Of a stretch of 39,529 nt of DNA, positions 19,959 through 27,906 are shown piece by piece. Every line of letters starts with the position of its first letter. Within the stretch, counting starts at the first letter, position 1. The notes under the pieces are model-generated. The model worked only from the letters and a program-made list of their open reading frames with translations, did no database searches and was not told the DNA's origin. A program made the position numbers and the translations under genes. The DNA is from a virus (Duplodnaviria; Caudoviricetes), in the IMG/VR virus record IMGVR_UViG_3300017774_004628, positions 1 to 39,529 of that record; one strand, written 5' to 3'.

Positions 19959-20697
19959 AACAATAGTATTAGGTGATACACACGGAAGATCTGTATGGAA
20001 ACTAATAGTTGAAATAGAAAAACCCGATAGAGTTATCTTTATAGGAGATTATTTTGATTCGTTTGATATCAAAGGCGTAGATCAACTAAGTAACTTTCAG
20101 GACATAATAGCATTTAAAGAAAGCGGTCAATGTGAAGTAATTATGTTGATTGGCAATCACGATCACCACTACTTTCCAGAAATAGGAGACACAGGCACAA
20201 GCGGCTATCAACATTTATTAGCTCCATCAATTCAATATGTTATAGATCAAAATAGACAGCATCTACAAATGGCCTATCAAATGGGTGAGTTTTTATTTAC
20301 ACACGCTGGCGTAAGTAGTGATTTTATGGATAGTGTATTTGGTAAAGGCGATTGGAAAGTAGAGACTATAGTTGATGACTTAAATGAAATGTTTAAACAC
20401 AAACCTAAAACATTTGAATTCGGAATGGCTATTAGCGCGAAACAAATATATTCTATGGATCCTTCAGGTGATAACGTAGAACAATCACCAATATGGATAC
20501 GTCCAAGATCATTAATGAATGCCAACTACAATACGTTACGTAAACAAGTAGTACAAGTAGTTGGTCACACTCAAGTAATAAAAATTGATACTGAAGGAAT
20601 GGCTACTGGAAATAGATATTGGTTTATTGATGCTTTAGGTACCAGTGGACAATATATGGTGATCAACAACGGTGAAGTATCATTTAACAAAATATAG
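19948..20697 (+). CDS. Calcineurin-like metallophosphoesterase
   Basis: GDTHG, GDYFD, GNHD, THAG, VGHT. Confidence 0.9.
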   Translation: MKNKTIVLGDTHGRSVWKLIVEIEKPDRVIFIGDYFDSFDIKGVDQLSNFQDIIAFKESGQCEVIMLIGNHDHHYFPEIGDTGTSGYQHLLAPSIQYVIDQNRQHLQMAYQMGEFLFTHAGVSSDFMDSVFGKGDWKVETIVDDLNEMFKHKPKTFEFGMAISAKQIYSMDPSGDNVEQSPIWIRPRSLMNANYNTLRKQVVQVVGHTQVIKIDTEGMATGNRYWFIDALGTSGQYMVINNGEVSFNKI

Positions 20698-20702
20698 TTG
20701 CC

Positions 20703-21008
20703 ATGTTTTATATTATCTTAGAAATACTTGTATTAGCACTTTTATGGTTTATCGTATCTAAAGGATGGGGATCTATTTACGAAATCATATACAAAATAAA
20801 AAATAAAAAGAAATCATCAAAAGATTCACGTGAAAGAGTTGGCAATATGATATTCATTATTTGGATTACGCAATTGATGATTTGTATCTTCGCATTATCA
20901 GACACAACAATACCAGAAAAATATTTCAGCATATATATGGACATTCAATTATTGTTCGTATTTTTATCAGTATTAACATTTATTAATTACGTTATAAAAA
21001 ACAAATAA
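20703..21008 (+). CDS. Membrane protein (about 3 TM)
   Basis: Three hydrophobic stretches. Confidence 0.6.
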   Translation: MFYIILEILVLALLWFIVSKGWGSIYEIIYKIKNKKKSSKDSRERVGNMIFIIWITQLMICIFALSDTTIPEKYFSIYMDIQLLFVFLSVLTFINYVIKNK

Positions 21009-21014
21009 AAAATT

Positions 21015-21212
21015 ATGAAACAACAAGAAGTTACGTTAGAAATGAAAATAGTTTTTGCAATCATTTTCATGGGATTATTATCTAGCATGTTTAGCTGTAC
21101 AAAATCATCGTATCCATCAAAGAGAAAAATAAATAGAGCAATGAAATACTCCTCATGGGAATATGAGATGCCGAAAGTAAAAAATAGTGTATCAATTTAT
21201 TATAATAAATAG
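21015..21212 (+). CDS. Putative lipoprotein
   Basis: Hydrophobic stretch ending LLSSMFSC. Confidence 0.5.
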   Translation: MKQQEVTLEMKIVFAIIFMGLLSSMFSCTKSSYPSKRKINRAMKYSSWEYEMPKVKNSVSIYYNK

Positions 21213-21259
21213 AGACAATGGCATAGGATTTGCAATAGTATAGTAAAACCCAATACGAT

Positions 21260-21373
21260 ATGAAAACACTATTATGCACCCTGCTTGGTCACACGTGGAT
21301 GACAGTATATTCATTTAGTCAAACCGTAAACATGAAATGCATTCGATGTTCAGAGCGACATTGCGAAAATTAA
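21260..21373 (+). CDS. 37-aa DUF1660-like Cys/His peptide (not in the ORF track)
   Basis: MKTLLCTLLGHTW...KCIRC. Confidence 0.5.
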   Translation: MKTLLCTLLGHTWMTVYSFSQTVNMKCIRCSERHCEN

Positions 21374-21576
21374 AAACAATATAACATGAAAAATAGAGAA
21401 TCTGAATTTTTAACTGCAATAATAATATCTGTTTCTACATTTTTGATGATGGTAATATCTATTGTAATTATAAGTTCTTACTAAGAAGAAAAAACTTTAA
21501 TCACCTAAGAAATAGATTGTATAAGTTAAAAAACAATCGTTATATTTACTACATAACAATAAAACAAAAACACGTT

Positions 21577-21870
21577 ATGAGCAAAAACAAAACAAACAGT
21601 GCGTCAGTAAAGACCACACCCGTTGCAGAAAGCAATCGTCCTTCAAGTTACACGAAGTTGACTTACATTCAAAAAGTTAGCAGAGTTAATCGCAAGTTGC
21701 GCACAGGCGACATCAGCAAAATCGCAAGCGAAACAGGTTATTCAACGACTCACGTATCAGACGTAGTAAGTGGTAAACACGTAAACGAATCTATTATGAA
21801 TCGTATTTACGATTTGACTCGCAATCGTCTTTCAAATGCGGTGAAGTTGTCGAAGATGACGAATAACTAA
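21577..21870 (+). CDS. HTH DNA-binding protein
   Basis: ISKIASETGYSTTHVSDVVSG; ATG 21577 (CACGTTATG) after TATATTTAC at 21541 preferred to TTG 21517. Confidence 0.7.
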   Translation: MSKNKTNSASVKTTPVAESNRPSSYTKLTYIQKVSRVNRKLRTGDISKIASETGYSTTHVSDVVSGKHVNESIMNRIYDLTRNRLSNAVKLSKMTNN

Positions 21871-21901
21871 TAAATTAGTTAGCTTTAATTAAAACCACAA
21901 T

Positions 21902-21954
21902 AGATCAATTATTCATTTGCTTTTCTAGGCTGAATGTTTAATTGATCTTTTTTT
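21902..21954 (+). terminator. Long imperfect hairpin plus T-run
   Basis: AGATCAATTA-TTCA...TGAA-TGTT-TAATTGATCT-TTTTTT. Confidence 0.55.
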
Positions 21955-22059
21955 ATATATGATATTTCACTTGATAATTAATTATTATATGAGCAATATA
22001 TACGTATACAAATGCCAATATAAAGTATATTCTGAGCTCACCCGATGCTCACCATTCTA

Positions 22060-22130
22060 TCAAAAAGGGGCCGGCCAATAGGCTAACACGGGGGCCTACC
22101 CCCATACACACCCCAAGGGGCCCCTTATAA
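22060..22130. other. GC-rich non-coding element with GGGGCC repeats and palindromes
   Basis: GGGGCC at 22067, 22091 and 22117; AAGGGGCCCCTT palindrome at 22115-22126; GGGGG-CCTA-CCCCC. Confidence 0.5.
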
Positions 22131-22164
22131 CTAATTGAACACCAAAAACATACACATTCACTAG

Positions 22165-22303
22165 AAATATATGTGTAAAGCGTTGGTTCTCCCTGAAGTA
22201 TTTTTAAAAATAGTTGCTAAATTATTTTTTTATGTGAAACAGTCGTCGTATATTTACTCTATTAACGGCAACAAACAGCCTAATCATTAAAAAAAAACAT
22301 AAT
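22165..22303 (+). promoter_or_regulatory. Repeated promoter module, copy 3
   Basis: Near-identical to copy 2 over ~58 bp; TATATTTAC at 22249; GGC-AACAAACA-GCC in the leader. Confidence 0.8.
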
Positions 22304-22660
22304 ATGAACAAAGCAATTACTTACAACGACGCAATCTGGAACACTTCATCTCAAGAGCAAACTGTTTATCTAAACAAAGCAGCCACTAAGTTTACTGAAA
22401 AAGCTTCTAGTGGTACACACGTAGAATACGTTGACTTCTTTGGTAAGAAGCAAATTATCCCGTGTCGTACTAACAAACAGTTAAAAGAAGCTATGCAATT
22501 CTTATCAATGTTGAAACGCGAGTCAAATACTATCAATCAGATTTGTGCTCAATACAACGTTAAGAATGGTAAGTTTCAAAACATATCGAAACTTAAGCAA
22601 GACTTAAGAAATGCTGGACTTACAGCGGCGGCTGTTAATCGTTTAGCTGTTATTAAGTAA
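22304..22660 (+). CDS. Hypothetical protein (codon bias suggests high expression)
   Basis: First gene after module copy 3; many AAC/TAC/TTC/CGT codons. Confidence 0.75.
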   Translation: MNKAITYNDAIWNTSSQEQTVYLNKAATKFTEKASSGTHVEYVDFFGKKQIIPCRTNKQLKEAMQFLSMLKRESNTINQICAQYNVKNGKFQNISKLKQDLRNAGLTAAAVNRLAVIK

Positions 22661-22709
22661 TAGCTATCTTATCACATTCACAAATTATTAAATATAAAAA
22701 ATCAAAGTT

Positions 22710-23138
22710 ATGAAAAAAGTACAAATTATCAATTCAGAAAAAATCAGTCAAGTAGAATTCATTGAAAATCGTAAAGGTCAATATAGAGCCATCGTTAAAG
22801 TTCAAGCTGGCTTTATGACGGTAGTAGACGACATCGGTATTCAAAACAATTGGGGTAAGCAACAGTGGAACTCAGCAATCGATGTATTTCGTGGCTTTAA
22901 GAAAGGCGCACTACAAACGATTCAATTCAAAGCGGAAGGTACTGATTCGTGGTTGACTATATTTGCCAAAGCGGGTAACAAAGTAAAGCTTATGGACTAT
23001 CAATTATTCAAAGATATGGAAGTTGGTGACATTAATCAGAATTGGTCACGTACCAATCTATATAGTCAAACTAACTACACACTGTGTAAAGCTAAGACTT
23101 GGGCAGATAAAGCATTCGTTGTAAACAAATCTAAATAA
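22710..23138 (+). CDS. Hypothetical protein
   Basis: AAAGTTATG leader. Confidence 0.75.
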   Translation: MKKVQIINSEKISQVEFIENRKGQYRAIVKVQAGFMTVVDDIGIQNNWGKQQWNSAIDVFRGFKKGALQTIQFKAEGTDSWLTIFAKAGNKVKLMDYQLFKDMEVGDINQNWSRTNLYSQTNYTLCKAKTWADKAFVVNKSK

Positions 23139-23168
23139 TTAATTCAATCAAAATATAAAATTAAAGTT

Positions 23169-23393
23169 ATGCAAAAAAACAATCCTTACATCGACACTAA
23201 CAACATTGACAGATCACAAGAGATCGAAGATATGTTTCAACCAACATTAGAAGACATTAAGAATGATCCAGAATTTTATGCTGAATTGGTTAATGATCTT
23301 ATGTATCACGTTAAGTATGGTACAGGTATTACACAGATTATGAAAATCGCAATGGATACATTAGATATGCCAAATTTAGAAATGCCAATATAA
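23169..23393 (+). CDS. Hypothetical protein
   Basis: AAATTAAAGTTATG leader. Confidence 0.7.
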   Translation: MQKNNPYIDTNNIDRSQEIEDMFQPTLEDIKNDPEFYAELVNDLMYHVKYGTGITQIMKIAMDTLDMPNLEMPI

Positions 23394-23418
23394 TTAAATT
23401 CACCTTAAAATAAAAGTT

Positions 23419-23622
23419 ATGAACATGAGAAAAGTCAAAGCAATGATCGAATCAGCATTCACAAAAAGAGATGCATTGAAAATGTTAGAAACTTGGAAAA
23501 TATTCAAAGGCTTATCAGAAGTTGATTATCAAAAAGGTAGAGAACTTATTAGAAAACAATTTGATAAAAATAAAACATCAGAAAGTTTTGAAGATTTTTG
23601 TGAATTTAAAAACGGACTTTAA
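23419..23622 (+). CDS. Hypothetical protein
   Basis: AAATAAAAGTTATG leader. Confidence 0.7.
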   Translation: MNMRKVKAMIESAFTKRDALKMLETWKIFKGLSEVDYQKGRELIRKQFDKNKTSESFEDFCEFKNGL

Positions 23623-23651
23623 TTATCAATCAAATAAAAAAAATAAAAGTT

Positions 23652-23945
23652 ATGAAACAAAAAAAATTAACATTTCAACAAGTAGTAGCTCGCTTAGAAA
23701 AAGCTAACATTCCATGCACAGTTAAACGTTATGGATATGACGACGAAATAACTTACTCGATAGAATTCGGCTTTAATTGGCCAGAAGAATTAGTCGAACA
23801 AGTTGATAAAGCATTTGAATGGTACGGAGAAAAAGTACCAGATTACGTAGGACTGTGTGGCAGTTCAATCAGCGATAATATGACAGCGAATAAGACAATA
23901 GCTGGTGGTCCTAAACTATATTCAGGCTGTTATAATAAGTGGTAA
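23652..23945 (+). CDS. Hypothetical protein
   Basis: AAATAAAAGTTATG leader. Confidence 0.7.
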   Translation: MKQKKLTFQQVVARLEKANIPCTVKRYGYDDEITYSIEFGFNWPEELVEQVDKAFEWYGEKVPDYVGLCGSSISDNMTANKTIAGGPKLYSGCYNKW

Positions 23946-23998
23946 TTCACATCAAAAAATTGTAATAGAAAAAAAATTAATAATAAAAATATACAACT

Positions 23999-24211
23999 AT
24001 GTTTAACGATTTTGACTATCCAGAATTTAACGATCAATTTGACAACGACGATTTGTTGCCATTCGAAGAAAACACAAAAGCATTCAAAGCTGCTAAAAAG
24101 GATTTAGCGAAAGTTATGCCGAAACCTGAAGAACAAGAAGAGGTTGAAGACAACGACGATTATGTAGGTGATTGGATCACCATCACCGAAGACGACGGTG
24201 AAGACGACTAA
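23999..24211 (+). CDS. Very acidic small protein
   Basis: D/E-rich 70-aa ORF with an A-rich leader. Confidence 0.65.
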   Translation: MFNDFDYPEFNDQFDNDDLLPFEENTKAFKAAKKDLAKVMPKPEEQEEVEDNDDYVGDWITITEDDGEDD

Positions 24212-24267
24212 ATAGATAAATTATACCAATCAAAAATAATTAATTAATTTTAACCCCAATCAAAAGT

Positions 24268-24480
24268 ATGAAGCACAAAACAAATCGTGAAGTATTGACA
24301 AAAGCAATCAAAGAATTAAGTGATATTGATTTAGTATTTTTACGTGAGCGTATGCTTACATCGTGTGATGAAATTCTAAGCAATAAAGAAGAGTTTATTA
24401 AAGGCGCACAATTTGGTATAATATCACCACATTTAATAATCGAGTGTATAGAGAATATACAAAAAACAATAAAGTTCTAA
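24268..24480 (+). CDS. Hypothetical protein
   Basis: AAAAGTATG leader. Confidence 0.65.
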   Translation: MKHKTNREVLTKAIKELSDIDLVFLRERMLTSCDEILSNKEEFIKGAQFGIISPHLIIECIENIQKTIKF

Positions 24481-24540
24481 CACTTCGACTTAAAATTTCT
24501 TTATCTTAAAAAAATTATTTACATTTAATAAATTAAAGTT

Positions 24541-24900
24541 ATGAAAGCATTATTGATCGACTCAAAAAACAAAGTCGTAAAACAAATCGAAATCGGTGAA
24601 CACTTCACTGAAATTTCAAAGGCAATAGATTGCGAAGTATTCGCAGCACCTCACATTATGCACAACAATGATACTTTGTATTGTGATGATGAAGGTCTAC
24701 TCAAGAATCCAGAAAATTTCTTCTTACTCGATAGCTATCCTCAACCAATCGCTGGAAATGGTTTAATTTTGGGATGCGATGATGAAGGCGATAGCGTAGA
24801 CGTTAGCATGAGTCTTGATGAATTATCAAATAAAGTTACATTCATGGATATGCAAGCAGCATACACATGGTCGTTAAAACAATCTTATCAATTCAACTAA
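24541..24900 (+). CDS. DUF3846-like protein
   Basis: MKALLID...LYCDDEGLLK...PIAGNGLILGCDDEG. Confidence 0.75.
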   Translation: MKALLIDSKNKVVKQIEIGEHFTEISKAIDCEVFAAPHIMHNNDTLYCDDEGLLKNPENFFLLDSYPQPIAGNGLILGCDDEGDSVDVSMSLDELSNKVTFMDMQAAYTWSLKQSYQFN

Positions 24901-24912
24901 AAAATAAAACGT

Positions 24913-25137
24913 ATGAATATAGAAACAATCACACGAGAAGAATTAGAATTTTGTTATTACAAGCAAGGTAATGCAGGAGGATTTAAAACAAGACTAATTG
25001 AAGCCATTTTTGCAGCTGATGATAACAATCGTAATAGGATAGCTCAAGGATTTCCAGAATTGGTAGAAGTAATTAATAGATACGGAAAAGAACGAGGCTA
25101 TTGGGAAGATCTACAAGAGAGATTCAAAAATTGCTAA
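24913..25137 (+). CDS. Small conserved phage protein
   Basis: GGFKTRLIEAIFAADDNNRNRIAQGFPE. Confidence 0.7.
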   Translation: MNIETITREELEFCYYKQGNAGGFKTRLIEAIFAADDNNRNRIAQGFPELVEVINRYGKERGYWEDLQERFKNC

Positions 25138-25176
25138 ACAAATCATTCAAAAATTGTAAACTAAAAAATTAAAGTT

Positions 25177-25383
25177 ATGAGTAAATGTAAAGTATGTCAA
25201 GAAGAAATACACCCGCTTCGAGTAAAAATGGGATATAAGACAACATGCGTTAAGCACTCAACCGCTGAGCGATACACTGGATTTGTAGTTGCTGATAGCA
25301 AAACTGCAGACTCAATCCAAATCATTAAAGATCCAGAAGTTGGTCGTAAATTAGTGGAATTAAGTAACGTTTACGGACACTAA
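25177..25383 (+). CDS. Zinc-finger protein (DksA/TraR-like finger)
   Basis: CKVCQEEIHPLR...TCVKHS; paralog of 19430. Confidence 0.6.
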   Translation: MSKCKVCQEEIHPLRVKMGYKTTCVKHSTAERYTGFVVADSKTADSIQIIKDPEVGRKLVELSNVYGH

Positions 25384-25399
25384 TCGATATTTATTACAT

Positions 25400-25999
25400 A
25401 TGTCTATAGAACTTAACACATACGGAGATTTAAAGAAGTTGATTAAAGCTATATCGCTTAAACAAAAAGGCGAGAAAATCATTTCACAAGGAAAAGAGTT
25501 TGCTTTAGATCAAATATTAGGACTTATACCTGGAGCATCTAATGCCAAAACCGCTTTTAATTTTTTTAGCGCAGCATTTAAAAAGCCTGATACAAAAAAG
25601 ACAGGAACATGGTTAGATAAATTAGATATCGATGATGATATGTCAAATATTGTAGATGATACTGTTGAAAATGGTTTTATGAAAGCACTATCAGCCACAC
25701 TTGAAAAAGAACCAGATGATAAAGCATTAGAATCTGATTTTAATATGAATGCAAAAATGGTTGACTATCTTAGAGATAAACATAACGGAAGATTTATATC
25801 AGGAATAAAAGAAAACAAAACTATGAAATACAACTTTGAAAATTTAAGTCCAGACGAAAAGACGCAATTAGAAGAATACATATCAAGTGTTAAAGAGATA
25901 CAAAAAGAAATAAAGAAACTAGTAAAAAAAGCCAAAGTATCTCAAATGAAAGAAACTGGAGGAAACATGTCCAAAGGTTTAAACTTAGAAGACGAATAA
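25400..25999 (+). CDS. Hypothetical protein (putative late/virion)
   Basis: TATTTAT at 25388; K/E/D-rich. Confidence 0.7.
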   Translation: MSIELNTYGDLKKLIKAISLKQKGEKIISQGKEFALDQILGLIPGASNAKTAFNFFSAAFKKPDTKKTGTWLDKLDIDDDMSNIVDDTVENGFMKALSATLEKEPDDKALESDFNMNAKMVDYLRDKHNGRFISGIKENKTMKYNFENLSPDEKTQLEEYISSVKEIQKEIKKLVKKAKVSQMKETGGNMSKGLNLEDE

Positions 26000-26026
26000 A
26001 AATAATTTTAAGACACCTACAAGATA

Positions 26027-26054
26027 AAGCTCCTCTTTTTAGAGGAGTTTTTTT
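26027..26054 (+). terminator. Intrinsic terminator
   Basis: GCTCCTCT-TTTT-AGAGGAGT followed by a T-run. Confidence 0.8.
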
Positions 26055-26081
26055 ATATTTACATACAAGCAAATCATAAAT

Positions 26082-26663
26082 ATGGCAGACATAAAAACTA
26101 TAAAAATGACAGACATTATTCCTTCTCGAGTAAGACGTTATATAAGACGTAAATATATAGACATCACATATCCTATCAAACAATTTATATCGATCATTCG
26201 CAATATATGTCGTTGGTTTCCCGTTATTGTCAAAGACAGAGATTGGGACGATTACTATATTTGGGAAATATTAAAGTTTAAATTGACTAATCAAGCAAAG
26301 TATATCGCATCCAAAGATAGACACTTAAGTGCACAGCGAGATGCTCAAAAGATGAGGTTGTGTGTTAAACTAATAGAAAAAATACAATCAGAATACTATC
26401 TTTCAGAGTATATGGATCACGAAGAAATAGAATTTGCATTTATGCCATCAGGAATCAACGATAGATGTAAGATACTAGATATAAAAACAATAAAAGACAA
26501 TCTCGATGATTACTATGCTAAGTATCCTCTTCAATATAAAAAGCTGGACAAATCAGAAGCAAAAAGAAGTATCGCTATAAAACTAGCAATCGCAAATCAT
26601 AATAGAGCAAAAAAAATATTATTCACATTATTAGAAACAAATATTGAATCATGGTGGGATTAA
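26082..26663 (+). CDS. Hypothetical phage protein
   Basis: WFPVIVKDRDWD motif, ends SWWD; TATATTTAC at 26054. Confidence 0.75.
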   Translation: MADIKTIKMTDIIPSRVRRYIRRKYIDITYPIKQFISIIRNICRWFPVIVKDRDWDDYYIWEILKFKLTNQAKYIASKDRHLSAQRDAQKMRLCVKLIEKIQSEYYLSEYMDHEEIEFAFMPSGINDRCKILDIKTIKDNLDDYYAKYPLQYKKLDKSEAKRSIAIKLAIANHNRAKKILFTLLETNIESWWD

Positions 26664-26800
26664 TAATAACATTATCTATATCTGCAATAATATCTATATT
26701 ATGGGTAATAGGAATAGATAATCACATGAAACACAAAAAGAAACATCCTGACCATGAAGATGATGGATGGTTAGATTGGGATAAAAAACAAGATCAATGA
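26651..26800 (+). CDS. 49-aa single-TM protein (not in the ORF track)
   Basis: MVGLIITLSISAIISILWVIGIDNHMKH...DQ*. Confidence 0.5.
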   Translation: MVGLIITLSISAIISILWVIGIDNHMKHKKKHPDHEDDGWLDWDKKQDQ

Positions 26801-26940
26801 ATCAAACAGAAAAATATATTACATTAGACGATAACACTCGAGTGAAAGTAATAACGATCAAAAGAAAGGAGCCAAAAAGCAAATACCAAAGATCAAAATT
26901 AAAGTTAAACAAAGACGGATCTATAACGATATATGAATAG
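26797..26940 (+). CDS. 47-aa basic peptide (not in the ORF track)
   Basis: ATGA overlap; MNQTEKYITLDDNTRVK...IYE*. Confidence 0.4.
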   Translation: MNQTEKYITLDDNTRVKVITIKRKEPKSKYQRSKLKLNKDGSITIYE

Positions 26941-27057
26941 GTGGTGGCAGCTGCATATAAGCTCAAATCTGCTGAAAAATAGACTAACCAATATATACAT
27001 ATATCCATAAAATAGACAACATCCTGGTAAGCTCAAAATAGCTCTAAAACTGCTCGG

Positions 27058-27112
27058 TAACTGGTTGAAAACCAATCAGTTGCAATGCGTTGATAATCAA
27101 GTTGTTACATAT
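27058..27112. promoter_or_regulatory. Two abutting 25-bp palindromic sites
   Basis: TAAC-TGG-TTG-AAAAC-CAA-TCA-GTTG then CAAT-GCG-TTG-ATAAT-CAA-GTT-GTTA-CATAT. Confidence 0.6.
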
Positions 27113-27126
27113 TAAAAATAAAATTT

Positions 27127-27300
27127 ATGATAGACAAAAAAAAGTACATTATTAAGCCACCTAAATTTGAATCAACAAGACAAAGCAAAACGATTTATCA
27201 AAGTGAAATAGAAACCGCACTTTGGAAATTAGGTGCAAACTACCATAATTTAACCAAACAAGAAGAGGATTTAATTTTAAAACTAGCAAACAGATTCTAA
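27127..27300 (+). CDS. 57-aa hypothetical protein (not in the ORF track)
   Basis: MIDKKKYIIKPPKF...ANRF*, ends 2 nt before the thioredoxin ATG. Confidence 0.5.
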   Translation: MIDKKKYIIKPPKFESTRQSKTIYQSEIETALWKLGANYHNLTKQEEDLILKLANRF

Positions 27301-27302
27301 TT

Positions 27303-27551
27303 ATGAAAAAAGCAATTTACTTCTCTACACAAACATGTGCTCCATGTAAAGCTCTAAAACCCATAGTGCAACAAGTATCAAATAATTTAAAAGTGCCAGT
27401 ACAATACATAGACGCACAGATCCATACTCAAGAAGCAGCAAAATATTCAATTAATCAAGTTCCTACTATATTGATATTGGATGGTGACACTGTTATTCGT
27501 CGACATACTGGATTGGCATCTCAATCTCAAATTCAAATCCTATTTTCATGA
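27303..27551 (+). CDS. Thioredoxin-family protein
   Basis: TCAPCK, YID, QVPT, G. Confidence 0.85.
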   Translation: MKKAIYFSTQTCAPCKALKPIVQQVSNNLKVPVQYIDAQIHTQEAAKYSINQVPTILILDGDTVIRRHTGLASQSQIQILFS

Positions 27552-27874
27552 TATACGAAACTTATTTACACTATTTTTTAGATTTAAAGAATTGTATAGG
27601 AAAATTTAAAGATAGACAATACGAAGCAATATTTCATGATCTGTTATTGCAAGCCACAGAAAATGCATGGAACGCCCGCGAATTAGGACTTAGCGAAACA
27701 TTCAAACTATCTGAACGGGATATAGAAGATTTGTTTTCTGCAGCAACAGATGAGTTAGTATCTAAAAATCTGGCATCCTTGTCTGAAAAAGGAATGATCG
27801 ATATTTCAGTGAATGAATCAGGAAATATGGTGTACTCTATTTCTGATTTAGGTAAAACATTTGTACAGAAATAA
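27548..27874 (+). CDS. Hypothetical protein with a winged-helix-like C-terminus
   Basis: LASLSEKGMID...YSISDLG. Confidence 0.6.
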   Translation: MIYETYLHYFLDLKNCIGKFKDRQYEAIFHDLLLQATENAWNARELGLSETFKLSERDIEDLFSAATDELVSKNLASLSEKGMIDISVNESGNMVYSISDLGKTFVQK

Positions 27875-27906
27875 TTAGAATTAGAATCTGCGTATTTATT
27901 TACAGT

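Noticed and set aside
21871-22165. tRNA or known ncRNA in the large intergenic gap
   Set aside because: No cloverleaf or TTCGA T-loop pattern recognisable by eye
23522-23707. + strand 61-aa ORF
   Set aside because: TTG start, overlaps two better genes out of frame and reads through the A-rich spacer
18872-25176. Small-gene arrays as a classical integron
   Set aside because: Spacers are short and A-rich with no attC-like inverted structure, and no integrase is present
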